A stretch of DNA of 40,368 nt from a virus (IMGVR_UViG_3300013285_000009:76984-117351); one strand, 5' to 3'. Shown: positions 17,449 to 26,413, counted from the first letter of the stretch. Notes: generated from the sequence alone by a model not told the origin. Made by a program: numbers and translations.

Positions 17449-18474
17449 TTAAAGTTTGCTTAATTTTTTGTAGTCGTTTAATTTGAATGAAGCAATATTT
17501 TTGCCCTTGCTCTCACACATAATGTCAAATGCATCACTGAATGATAATGCCCAATCATTAGCAATATCATTCCAATAGAAATCGCTATGCGCCCGCAGTT
17601 TTTGTTTGTTATGTCCGGCTGCGATCAGCGCACCATGATCGGGTAATAGGGTAGCGGGATGATTTGTGAGTACATCTTCGCGGCTAATACTGTAATGCAA
17701 AGTAGGGCGCACGCCACGCCAAGAATCAATAACCCGTTGAACAAGCGGGTCATTAGGTTGAATGTATTCTCCCTCATGAATCCAGTTATGATGGATGTCC
17801 AAGACCGTAGGGACGAGGTCAGATAATGATAAGCAGTCGAGTAAGCCATGTGTGTATTCTTCGTTTTCTAGTGTGAGTGTATTACGGGCTTCGGGTGACA
17901 AACGATTATACACATCACGAATGCCCTGTGGGCCTTTACGACCACTGATGTGTACATTAACTTTGAAGTCTTGAAACTGCTTACCATAACCCATCCAACG
18001 GGCCATGTCAGCGTGATATTCGAATTCTCTAATACTGTTGGTAACTACTTCTTCACGGTCACTCGCCAACACGGTAAACTGACCCGGGTGAAAACTTAAC
18101 CGAACATCATTAGTTCTAGCTTCATCACCCACTTTAGTAAACAATTGTTCCATACGATTGATAACGTCCGGGCGATTATAAAAGTAAGCCCAGTCATCAT
18201 GTGTATAAGCAGTAAGCATATCACTAGTCAACCGCACCATGCGTAATTCTGCGGACAATGAACCAACACGCTTTACCAAATTATAAGTATTAGTGATATT
18301 TTTTTCCAAAGTATCCCACAACTTCTGCTCTGCTACTTCACGAGTTTGGCGGGCTAGCCATGCTAAAGTAGTCCCACCTGTATTCAATTCCGGGATACTT
18401 ACTAGTCCTTTTTTAGGGTCGATCTTAGAGAATTTACAAGCAAAGCCGATTCGTTTAGTCAATTGATTTGTCAA
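17449..18474 (-). CDS. uvsE: UV damage endonuclease UvsE/UvdE
   Basis: RIGFACK, RLSFHPGQF, LENEE, LDIHH. Start uncertain (TTG 18474 suggested; track gives 18516). Confidence 0.92.
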   Translation of the reverse strand: MTNQLTKRIGFACKFSKIDPKKGLVSIPELNTGGTTLAWLARQTREVAEQKLWDTLEKNITNTYNLVKRVGSLSAELRMVRLTSDMLTAYTHDDWAYFYNRPDVINRMEQLFTKVGDEARTNDVRLSFHPGQFTVLASDREEVVTNSIREFEYHADMARWMGYGKQFQDFKVNVHISGRKGPQGIRDVYNRLSPEARNTLTLENEEYTHGLLDCLSLSDLVPTVLDIHHNWIHEGEYIQPNDPLVQRVIDSWRGVRPTLHYSISREDVLTNHPATLLPDHGALIAAGHNKQKLRAHSDFYWNDIANDWALSFSDAFDIMCESKGKNIASFKLNDYKKLSKL

Positions 18475-18553
18475 GATAACTGTCCATAGAGATAAATAAT
18501 ATACACAGTGTATCACATTTACACAATAAAGTCAACTAATACGGAAAAATAAT

Positions 18554-19897
18554 ATGAAATTCAGTGATCTATTCGAGGGTACCACCCCACAATTGCCCGG
18601 TGCTGTACCGGGCGTTAAAGTAATGTCTATGGATCAGTTCCTGGCACAATCGGGTGACGAGCCCGAAGAGGAAGAAGTTGCAGAAGCTGCCCCAGAAGTT
18701 CCGGAACGCAATGAACATCTGGCTAGAATCCGCAAGTTATCCGGTTTGGGAGAGGCTACTGAACTACCTGCACAACAACGTGAACTTGGTGGTAAAGAGT
18801 TTCAAGACTACATGACACGTATCAAGGGTACCGATGACATTGATAAAAAGACTGGTGAAATCAAAGTAAACAAAAAGGGTATCCCACAATACACTACGGG
18901 CAAGACTAAGGGCGATAAGTTCAAGATGCCTTATGTTCACCGTAGCAGTGCTATTGAGTACTACGACGAAGGTGGACAACAGTATAATGAAGCAGCCGTG
19001 GTTAATGCGCTAAAACAACGTCCTAAGAAGTTGTTAAAGCAAAATGAAAAGATGAAGCACAGTAACGGAGACTTTGAACAGTTCTTCAACGTAGGCTTTG
19101 CTGCGTTAACAGGTATTGCAGTAGATGAATCAACTGGTAAGCTTATCGTGGTTAATACTTGCCCGGGCGCAGGCTCATGTAAAGTTGATTGTTTTGCTAT
19201 GAAGGGTGGTAAAGTTCAATTCAAAGCTGCTTGGTTAAGTGACGGTCGCATTTTAACTTACTTGTTGAATGACCCAACTGGTTTCTTCAATCAATTGAGT
19301 GCTGAGATTTCCAAAGAAGAAAAAGATGGCTTAAAAGGATCAAAAGGATTCGAGGCAGGTTGGAAAGTAACAGTTCGTTGGCATGATGCAGGCGACTTCT
19401 TCTCACCAGAATACTTGGACATGGCGTTGAAGATGGCTGCTGCTCACCCTAACGTTAAGTTCTATGCTTACACTAAGATGGCGGCTGCTGCTCTAGCACA
19501 GAAGCCGGCTAACTTCATTATCAACTGGAGCGAGGGTGCAAACACTACGCAAGAGAAACAAGTTAAAGCAAATGATCCGGCACTAGAGCGTACAAAGAAC
19601 TCGCGTATTGTTCCTGAAAGATTGTTCTACGACTTACTAGCAAAAGACGCTAAGGGTAACTTAGTCAAGACGGCTGATGGTGCATGGCAACCTGCTAGCC
19701 CTGAAGCGTTGAAGGAAATCAAACAGCGTCTTGCTAAAGAGTACGGCATCAGCGCAAACAGCATCTTGTCATATGACGAGTGGATGGCCAAGAATCACGA
19801 GTCCGGTATGAAGTGGAATGTTATCGTGGCACCGGGTGAAGGTGACGTTAGTGCTAACAGTCACGATGTACTGTCAACACTATTGCTAAGACATTAA
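18554..19897 (+). CDS. Gp88-family (radical-SAM-like) protein with long N-terminal extension
   Basis: TCPGAGSCKVDCFA three-Cys cluster, VRWHDAGDFFS, FYAYTK, NFIINWS; GATAAATA at 18491-18498. Confidence 0.75.
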   Translation: MKFSDLFEGTTPQLPGAVPGVKVMSMDQFLAQSGDEPEEEEVAEAAPEVPERNEHLARIRKLSGLGEATELPAQQRELGGKEFQDYMTRIKGTDDIDKKTGEIKVNKKGIPQYTTGKTKGDKFKMPYVHRSSAIEYYDEGGQQYNEAAVVNALKQRPKKLLKQNEKMKHSNGDFEQFFNVGFAALTGIAVDESTGKLIVVNTCPGAGSCKVDCFAMKGGKVQFKAAWLSDGRILTYLLNDPTGFFNQLSAEISKEEKDGLKGSKGFEAGWKVTVRWHDAGDFFSPEYLDMALKMAAAHPNVKFYAYTKMAAAALAQKPANFIINWSEGANTTQEKQVKANDPALERTKNSRIVPERLFYDLLAKDAKGNLVKTADGAWQPASPEALKEIKQRLAKEYGISANSILSYDEWMAKNHESGMKWNVIVAPGEGDVSANSHDVLSTLLLRH

Positions 19898-21243
19898 AAC
19901 CCGTCAAATAATCCTAATCCGGAAGCTTCGTCTTCTGGTGGAACAAAGTTAGGATCTTTACTCAACCAAGTATCATTGTCAGTATATGTGACAGTGAACT
20001 TGGTTTTGTTCATTAGGACCGAAAGACAATCATCAATACAAATTATATTTCTACCAAGATCGTTGATAAAGGTAGCATATTTGACAGTGGTCTGATCACA
20101 TATCTTAGCAGCTTTACTATTACTTTGTCTGGGTTCGAATTCTAGAAAGCATTGATTCCACTTGTGAAAAATAGCTGCATCCATTTGTCGAGAATGAACC
20201 AATGACCCCTTGTCATACCATTCTTTAGCAGTAGCAAACATTTCATAAGCACCAATCACATCTTGTGCCATATTCTTTTTGTTTGTTTCCATAAAGAAAC
20301 TATTAGCAAAGTTCTTAGTCCAACGTTGATTCTCTAACACAAACGTAGGCATCTGTGTCATTTGCTCTAGGAATGCAATACCGTAACTCTCAACTGAGCT
20401 AGGATTGAATGCAACACGGCAACTAGTGATGAAGTCTACTTTCTCTTTACCTATGATACTGATGGCAATTTTGTAATCAGTAATACCCATTTTCTTAAAA
20501 CGTTCTGTAAACTTCTTAGCACCGTTTGCATTAGTCATAACACGTGCAGGAAGTTTGGTTTGTTCAATCAATTCTAGATACAGTTCAGGATTTTTACCTT
20601 CTTCCCATCGACCAATAAACAATACTCCCTCGCGAGGAACGTGGTGTTCTTCAAGTAAACCCTTCTCTGGCATAGGGATAGGCAATTGCCATGCACCTTC
20701 CAATTCAAGTGCATTGAACTTGCTTTGTGTACCCACAAATACACCATTAGTTTTCAATTGCTGACGCATCATTTCATTGACACTATGCAAGAACGGATTC
20801 TTTGTATCTTTGAATATTTGACTTTCTAAATGTGTATATGCAATCATTTGAATACAATCAGAAAGTCCCATCGTGCTAGCAACTTGCACTGTTTCATATG
20901 TGTTACAAACAAATGCATCATACAAATTGTGTTCCAACGCCTCTACTATTGCATTGCGAAAGTTAGCCATACGCTCATAGCAAAAACTATCACCGTACAT
21001 GAAAATAGCACTATGGTCAGTGTACTTCAATGATTCCAATGGGGCAATAATATTAGCACCTGCATCTTGCAGTGCCTTAACAAATTCAGTATTAGCGGGT
21101 TCTTTGTCAGTAATGATATCAACTTTGATATTATGACTATCCATTAGTTCAACGAAACTCTTAGTGAACTGCCCGATACCGCCATGGGGAACTAGTGTTT
21201 GATAACTTACTAGAAAGCCGATTCGTTTACTGTATGTTTTCAT
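19894..21243 (-). CDS. GT-B (GT4-like) glycosyltransferase
   Basis: HGGIGQF, FIGRWEEGKNPE, ESYGIAFLE. Confidence 0.85.
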   Translation of the reverse strand: MKTYSKRIGFLVSYQTLVPHGGIGQFTKSFVELMDSHNIKVDIITDKEPANTEFVKALQDAGANIIAPLESLKYTDHSAIFMYGDSFCYERMANFRNAIVEALEHNLYDAFVCNTYETVQVASTMGLSDCIQMIAYTHLESQIFKDTKNPFLHSVNEMMRQQLKTNGVFVGTQSKFNALELEGAWQLPIPMPEKGLLEEHHVPREGVLFIGRWEEGKNPELYLELIEQTKLPARVMTNANGAKKFTERFKKMGITDYKIAISIIGKEKVDFITSCRVAFNPSSVESYGIAFLEQMTQMPTFVLENQRWTKNFANSFFMETNKKNMAQDVIGAYEMFATAKEWYDKGSLVHSRQMDAAIFHKWNQCFLEFEPRQSNSKAAKICDQTTVKYATFINDLGRNIICIDDCLSVLMNKTKFTVTYTDNDTWLSKDPNFVPPEDEASGLGLFDGF

Positions 21244-21506
21244 TTCATCAAATTCCAAATAATAAATTCATGCTTATCAATGTGGTAGATATCTTCTATT
21301 GGCATCCCCGGACCATCAATGAGTCTCATTCCCGTGTAACATTTTGTGAGCCAGAGACGTTTTCTAGTTAGGAAACATGTTCTTGGCCATAAACAAAAAT
21401 GTAGTTTCCAATGTCGTACACGATTCAGCCCCCAATTCTGAGAACGGGGTTCTTGATCTACCATAGATTCGATTGCCATATTACGCTTTGACTGGAATCC
21501 AGTCAT
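21240..21506 (-). CDS. hypothetical protein
   Basis: TGATG coupling to the queE stop. Confidence 0.6.
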   Translation of the reverse strand: MTGFQSKRNMAIESMVDQEPRSQNWGLNRVRHWKLHFCLWPRTCFLTRKRLWLTKCYTGMRLIDGPGMPIEDIYHIDKHEFIIWNLMK

Positions 21507-22381
21507 CAAGTTCCCCACTCATTTTTGAACAGAGGTACCTGAAGTCTGTCGCTATAACGCATACCAGACTTGATAGCAAAGTCTGCTACTCTACGATTGT
21601 TCATAGCATACACGCTTTCGACTCCACCGACTGGCATCAGATAAGCCGGGCCTTTGAATCCTGCTGATCGGTAATCTGAGTATACTGAAATAGCTTCATT
21701 GGCATCATCTTCAGTTGCAATTACAAACTTCAAGTAAGTGTAACCAACATCTTCATACGACAGGATGATTTCGGGCTTGATTGCCTCAGTGTACTTCTCC
21801 CCACTACCGCTTAGCTTGGGACTAACGGAGAATGTTAGCTTGTCATAACCTCGGGCCATATGGGTATCGTAATATTTAGAATTCAATGTCCAGTTCAATA
21901 GATATTGCCTGAATTCAGGAGTTAATTCTTGTGTACCGTTTGTTTCGAATGTTAGTTCGGCAAGCCCGAGCATCTTAGGATGATTCAGCAAGTCTGGATA
22001 AGCACGTTGCCAACCTAGCAATGGTTCACCCCCTGTAATTACAAGATGTTCATCTTGCCAACATTTATACGGAAGCATTTCCATAATACGGTCAACAATC
22101 GCATTGCTAGTGAGCATTGGACTAAGATTTTTAAAACTAGGATGCCAGCTAGCATAGCTATCGCACCCAGTAGACACTAACGGCAAGTCTTCGTATTTTT
22201 CAAATAGATGGGCGACTCGTGAAATCTCGTCTGCTTCATTGCTTAATTCGCCGCGGGGCATTCCAAAGCCGGCGCATTTAAAGTTGCAACCAAATGTGCG
22301 TAAGAACACACTCGGGACACCCATATATCGACCCTCGCCCTGAATGCTATAAAATAATTCTGCTACTTTTAAATTTGACAT
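21506..22381 (-). CDS. queE: 7-carboxy-7-deazaguanine synthase (radical SAM)
   Basis: ELFYSIQGEG, FLRTFGCNFKC...CDS, ITGGEP, ETNGT, SVSPK. Confidence 0.92.
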   Translation of the reverse strand: MSNLKVAELFYSIQGEGRYMGVPSVFLRTFGCNFKCAGFGMPRGELSNEADEISRVAHLFEKYEDLPLVSTGCDSYASWHPSFKNLSPMLTSNAIVDRIMEMLPYKCWQDEHLVITGGEPLLGWQRAYPDLLNHPKMLGLAELTFETNGTQELTPEFRQYLLNWTLNSKYYDTHMARGYDKLTFSVSPKLSGSGEKYTEAIKPEIILSYEDVGYTYLKFVIATEDDANEAISVYSDYRSAGFKGPAYLMPVGGVESVYAMNNRRVADFAIKSGMRYSDRLQVPLFKNEWGT

Positions 22382-22405
22382 AAAATCCTCGTACTGTATT
22401 ACGCT

Positions 22406-22434
22406 ATTATAACGCGCTTTGTACAGAAAGTCAA
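22406..22434 (-). promoter_or_regulatory. sigma70 promoter for queE (TTGACT-N17-TATAAT)
   Basis: 17-bp spacer; the -35 overlaps the upstream TGA. Confidence 0.75.
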
Positions 22435-22763
22435 GTCAAGGATGGCCAGTCTCTGTACAAAGCATGTTGAATGTTGCCCGAAACAAATTGATTGAAGCTT
22501 TTGTGCTTGTCTTCAAGCTCACCTTCTAACGGGGCAACTCTTTGGAATGCAGTTTCTAGTTGGGCCATGTCATTGAATTCAATCATGATGTGCCACTCTG
22601 GTAAATCTTGAATGCTTCGAAAACCCATCTTGCATCGTGTTATTCTGTACGACACTAATTTGTCTTCTGACTTCAAGTGATCCAAGAAGCCCTTCATGTT
22701 ATTAACCCAATCTATATCACTGATAGGGCCTTCTTTATCTGCCCATATATGGTATATATCCAT
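22431..22763 (-). CDS. hypothetical ferredoxin-like/dimeric alpha-beta barrel protein (DUF6614-like)
   Basis: MDIYHIWAD...YRITRCKMGF...EWHIMIEF; family recalled from memory. Confidence 0.6.
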   Translation of the reverse strand: MDIYHIWADKEGPISDIDWVNNMKGFLDHLKSEDKLVSYRITRCKMGFRSIQDLPEWHIMIEFNDMAQLETAFQRVAPLEGELEDKHKSFNQFVSGNIQHALYRDWPSLT

Positions 22764-23965
22764 TATTTTCTCTCCGGGAAATAATCTTGTTGTGTACCTT
22801 CTCTATGCACATCACTAGTGATACAGTGTAATCCACCGTCCCAAAAGTATCGGTGTCTAAAGTTTACAACATGCGGTGTGATACCGTGTCGTTCAAACGC
22901 CTCAAATACTTTCTCATTATAATTATTGCAAACTACATTCTGTTGGTCAATTACTAGCATGTTCACATCAAAAACGGTTTCTTCTACAAAACCAACCCAA
23001 TGATCTAACCAACCTTCGACAAACTCAGTGAATTCATCATTCAACTCTTCGCCGGGTACCCACCACTTTCCGTAATTCTTTATCTTTAAATCTCTGAATG
23101 GTTTGACTAATTCCCAGCTTTGATTAGGCAGGAATACAACTTCCCATCCGGGAAAGGTTTCTTCGTAATTAGATAAATCATGTAGTGAAACAATCAGTCC
23201 GGGTTTAACAGGACAGAAAACGCCGTCACTGTGACCGCCGGTTTGTAACACATGGCATCTATGATCAGTAAATCTTCCCTTAAAGTCACCCTCCATTATA
23301 GCGGTATGCTGTAATGCAGCATGTGTACCAAAATACAAATCCTTACCTATTCGAGTAGTTTCGGCAGCATTATAATGTGATAACCTATTACCTGCACCTG
23401 TTATTATAGGATTGCCGGCTTGTTGAATAGTTGCTAGTACATCACCCCAAGTCATTTTATCATAGTCAGCATCAGAAGCCAACTTGGTGTAAGCCGGACT
23501 ATTGACACCGTCGGGTATCATTATAGAAAATAGTTCATCGTATATTTCATCAGAAATAGATAACCATTCGTCTCGGTTTGTAGGGGCGGTGCCGGGCCAA
23601 TGATCTTTACGAATAGAAGACCAATTATCTTTTGCATTTCTCCGTAATTGCACATTTGTATTAAAATAGAAATCAGTACCTAGCATAATTGAATCATCAC
23701 GCGGTACCATTGGTGGGGAGCGAATCTTGCCGGTTGGATTCAAATACAATCGATAATCATCAAATACATTAGGACGTAGTACCGTTACACCAAAGCTGTT
23801 GAGTACTGCTATTAGTTGTTGATAATCTTCTTCTGTTTCACGAGCGATTCTCTCCATCACTACCCTAACTCTAGCATTAGTAATGAATGAGTAGAACTCG
23901 GGATTATAGGATCTACCCACAATACAAACTTTAAGTGGATCCCAATGTTGGTAAACTGAATACAT
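22763..23965 (-). CDS. amidinotransferase (glycine/inosamine-phosphate amidinotransferase family)
   Basis: HWDPLKVCIVGR, PRD, GGHSDG (His), DGGLHCIT (catalytic Cys): pentein fold motifs. Confidence 0.85.
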   Translation of the reverse strand: MYSVYQHWDPLKVCIVGRSYNPEFYSFITNARVRVVMERIARETEEDYQQLIAVLNSFGVTVLRPNVFDDYRLYLNPTGKIRSPPMVPRDDSIMLGTDFYFNTNVQLRRNAKDNWSSIRKDHWPGTAPTNRDEWLSISDEIYDELFSIMIPDGVNSPAYTKLASDADYDKMTWGDVLATIQQAGNPIITGAGNRLSHYNAAETTRIGKDLYFGTHAALQHTAIMEGDFKGRFTDHRCHVLQTGGHSDGVFCPVKPGLIVSLHDLSNYEETFPGWEVVFLPNQSWELVKPFRDLKIKNYGKWWVPGEELNDEFTEFVEGWLDHWVGFVEETVFDVNMLVIDQQNVVCNNYNEKVFEAFERHGITPHVVNFRHRYFWDGGLHCITSDVHREGTQQDYFPERK

Positions 23966-23997
23966 TTTATTCCTTAACTAAATATACGTATATTTAT

Positions 23998-24663
23998 ATG
24001 CAAATACATTTCTCAAACAATTTTGGAAAGTTTACACAATATGACTTTACCGTAACTTCCGTAACGGCTGAAGTCGGTGACGATGAACATTTGCTTGCAT
24101 TGCAGCAAGGCTTTCTTTGGAGTAATAATGCATGGAGACAATGCAGAAGCACCAGAGTATTACTAGCAGAAACAAATTATAATACATATGCTGATGCAAG
24201 TATATTGACTGAGTATGATTATGATGAACTAGTGCTTATCAATGAAAAATATATTGCCTCTAGAGGATACGCTTACCATCCCGCTGATTCACACATTTCA
24301 CCCATAGATACTATTTGGGGATACTATCACGATACTACACTGATTGCCTGGAGTAGAATTCATAACTACAACGGGGCAAAGGAAACTGCATACTTCGCAT
24401 GGGATAGTGCTGATATGAGCTTGCGAGTAGGAACAAAAAGCCTAGAGCATGAGATTGCATGGGCTAAGCAGTTGGGCGATGAATATCTTTATATGGGTGC
24501 CGGATACGAAACATGTTCAATATACAAAAGCCGTATGCAGGGTTTCGAATGGTGGACCGGTTCAGTATGGAGTAAAGATATAGATCAGTATGTAAAATTG
24601 TGTGAGCGTGAAACCAGCGTAAACAATTTTAAAGACTTTGAATCTATTATTTACGCCAAGTAA
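23998..24663 (+). CDS. ATE1/Bpt-like aminoacyl-tRNA-protein transferase
   Basis: AYFAWD...LRVGTKSLEHEIAWAKQLGDEYLYMG...CSIYK matches the ATE_C pattern; CTAAATA at 23978-23984; start ATG 23998. Confidence 0.7.
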   Translation: MQIHFSNNFGKFTQYDFTVTSVTAEVGDDEHLLALQQGFLWSNNAWRQCRSTRVLLAETNYNTYADASILTEYDYDELVLINEKYIASRGYAYHPADSHISPIDTIWGYYHDTTLIAWSRIHNYNGAKETAYFAWDSADMSLRVGTKSLEHEIAWAKQLGDEYLYMGAGYETCSIYKSRMQGFEWWTGSVWSKDIDQYVKLCERETSVNNFKDFESIIYAK

Positions 24664-25141
24664 CTATATCATCGATATCTGATTGTGTCCAGGTATCGTA
24701 ATAACCCGTAGACGCAATCTTGTCTGATGCTGCATTCAATATAGATAGCGGTGCTACTAAAATTAGCCCACATGGACCGAAGTTCATATGCACACCGTTG
24801 ATATTCTCAACAATATCAGGGTGATCTTCTAGAATCACAAAGTCTTTTGGCATCAGTTCTTTGTTCAATCGTATAGCCAATTCTTGCAATATAGCAGGAG
24901 CAATATCCTTGTGGTCGAAACATATGACAGCAATTTCCATTTTGTCAAATACTGATAGTGATTCATTGACTGCACTCTCTATGCCAGATGCTTCGGTAAA
25001 GATTATCTCAATCTTATTATAGATTCTTGCCTGTCTTGCATATGGGCACGGTGGCCAGTTATTCAGTGTTACATTAGGTTTTTCAAGAAAATTAATTATC
25101 CAGTCGGATAATTGTTTGATAATGACGGGTTGATCTAACAT
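24647..25141 (-). CDS. DUF1415-like protein
   Basis: WIINFLE...NWPPCPYARQA, ILEDHP; family recalled from memory. Confidence 0.55.
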   Translation of the reverse strand: MLDQPVIIKQLSDWIINFLEKPNVTLNNWPPCPYARQARIYNKIEIIFTEASGIESAVNESLSVFDKMEIAVICFDHKDIAPAILQELAIRLNKELMPKDFVILEDHPDIVENINGVHMNFGPCGLILVAPLSILNAASDKIASTGYYDTWTQSDIDDIVTWRK

Positions 25142-25142
25142 G

Positions 25143-25307
25143 TTAGTTATTCCAGTGTTTAATTACACCTGCTATAATAAAGCAGTTTGTTAACAGATAA
25201 GTTAACACAATGACGGTACGAATGCAGGCAATACGGTCAGCTTCTTTGTCCGTACTACCGGCTTTTTCACCTAGTGCTTTTGCCCAAAGATACCAAAATT
25301 TACGCAT
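25143..25307 (-). CDS. 54-aa membrane protein MRKFWYLWAKALGEKAG...IIAGVIKHWNN (not in track)
   Basis: Hand-translated; resembles a common small T4-like phage protein. Confidence 0.75.
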   Translation of the reverse strand: MRKFWYLWAKALGEKAGSTDKEADRIACIRTVIVLTYLLTNCFIIAGVIKHWNN

Positions 25308-25386
25308 TGATCCTAATTCCAACGTACCACAAGTCGGCTCTTACAAACCACTTGCCATCGTTCTTACCAAATCCAAAGCGTAACAT
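25300..25386 (-). CDS. 28-aa small ORF MLRFGFGKNDGKWFVRADLWYVGIRINA (not in track)
   Basis: Hand-translated; overlaps the next start. Confidence 0.45.
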   Translation of the reverse strand: MLRFGFGKNDGKWFVRADLWYVGIRINA

Positions 25387-25411
25387 TCTGTTGTTGCTGT
25401 CTAGTAAAATT

Positions 25412-25600
25412 TTAGTTACTGCCATTCTTCACCCATAGCTCCAAAGCCTTTGCAGGATAAATCTGTACTGAACCTCGTTCAGTAGCACTTTCAACTGCAT
25501 AACCCTCCGGAGTTAATTCAGTTGAATACGTACCAACAATTGTTCCGTGCCATTGTGACCCGGAAACCTTTTTTACTAAATCACCTAATTTAAATTTCAT
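25412..25600 (-). CDS. dfrB: type II (R67/DfrB-like) dihydrofolate reductase homologue
   Basis: [36 protein letters not shown]...GSVQIYP: [10 protein letters not shown] and the VQIY active-site motif are intact. Confidence 0.88.
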   Translation of the reverse strand: MKFKLGDLVKKVSGSQWHGTIVGTYSTELTPEGYAVESATERGSVQIYPAKALELWVKNGSN

Positions 25601-26106
25601 ACAAACAAATCCTCATTCCATTCACGGTGACCTTCGCGGAAAGCCATATTGGCCTGTGTCTCGCGCACCTCTACTTTATAGCACCAGAGACGTGCAGCTT
25701 CGCCTTCACCCCACATTTCAGGAATGTAAACACCGTTGACATACTTATAAAGCATATCGCTAAGGCCTTCGCAACCTAACTTTGGTAAGACAACAATCTT
25801 AGCCATGTTCTTTTCTTGTAGCATTTTGAATGTAGCCATTTCTGGATCATCTTGTGCTACGATAAGCGTATGGTCGAATTGGCTCTCTAAAGTCTTTTTC
25901 AACTCTTTCAGCCCACCGTAGTCAGCAGCCCAATTACGAACATCCAATTCATTTGTTCCAAAGTAGAACTTCATGCTAAACGAGTAGCCGTGAATTAAAT
26001 TGCAGTGCGAATCCGACCGCCATTGACGATAAGCACAAGGGAATGCATCAATGTACTCTTTTGTACTTGTATATTTGTATGCGACTGGGGTTAGTGTTGT
26101 TGCCAT
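25597..26106 (-). CDS. queD: 6-carboxy-5,6,7,8-tetrahydropterin synthase
   Basis: HCNLIHGY (CxxxHG), FDHT, GCEGLS, VEVRET. Confidence 0.88.
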   Translation of the reverse strand: MATTLTPVAYKYTSTKEYIDAFPCAYRQWRSDSHCNLIHGYSFSMKFYFGTNELDVRNWAADYGGLKELKKTLESQFDHTLIVAQDDPEMATFKMLQEKNMAKIVVLPKLGCEGLSDMLYKYVNGVYIPEMWGEGEAARLWCYKVEVRETQANMAFREGHREWNEDLFV

Positions 26107-26123
26107 TGTTTTCTCCTATATAA

Positions 26124-26152
26124 ATTATAGCACAGGCGGCAGAATTTGTCAA
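26124..26152 (-). promoter_or_regulatory. sigma70 promoter for queD-dfrB (TTGACA-N17-TATAAT)
   Basis: Perfect hexamers, AGGAG RBS. Confidence 0.85.
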
Positions 26153-26182
26153 GCGGGATGAGCCTAAGACCGCTATTCTTAT

Positions 26183-26413
26183 TTACCAGAGGCCGCGATT
26201 CCAACTTGACGACCAAGTTGTTTTGGATAACGGAATCCCTGTTCTCATAATTCGGGTAATCAACGCTGATTTACTAATTGTTTTTTGCAAATCAGCCTTT
26301 AGTTGAGTGCATTCTTTTTGATATCTGCATTGCTTCGATGTATTATCTTGTTTAAATTTATCATACAGTGAACAGTATGATTGGTACGGAGTGTTATCAA
26401 GTGGACAGGTCAT
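26183..26413 (-). CDS. hypothetical protein
   Basis: Operon packing. Confidence 0.55.
   Translation of the reverse strand: MTCPLDNTPYQSYCSLYDKFKQDNTSKQCRYQKECTQLKADLQKTISKSALITRIMRTGIPLSKTTWSSSWNRGLW

Noticed and set aside
26133-26174. Known preQ1 riboswitch
   Set aside because: It lacks the class I consensus and A-rich tail as I recall them; kept only as an unknown pseudoknot candidate
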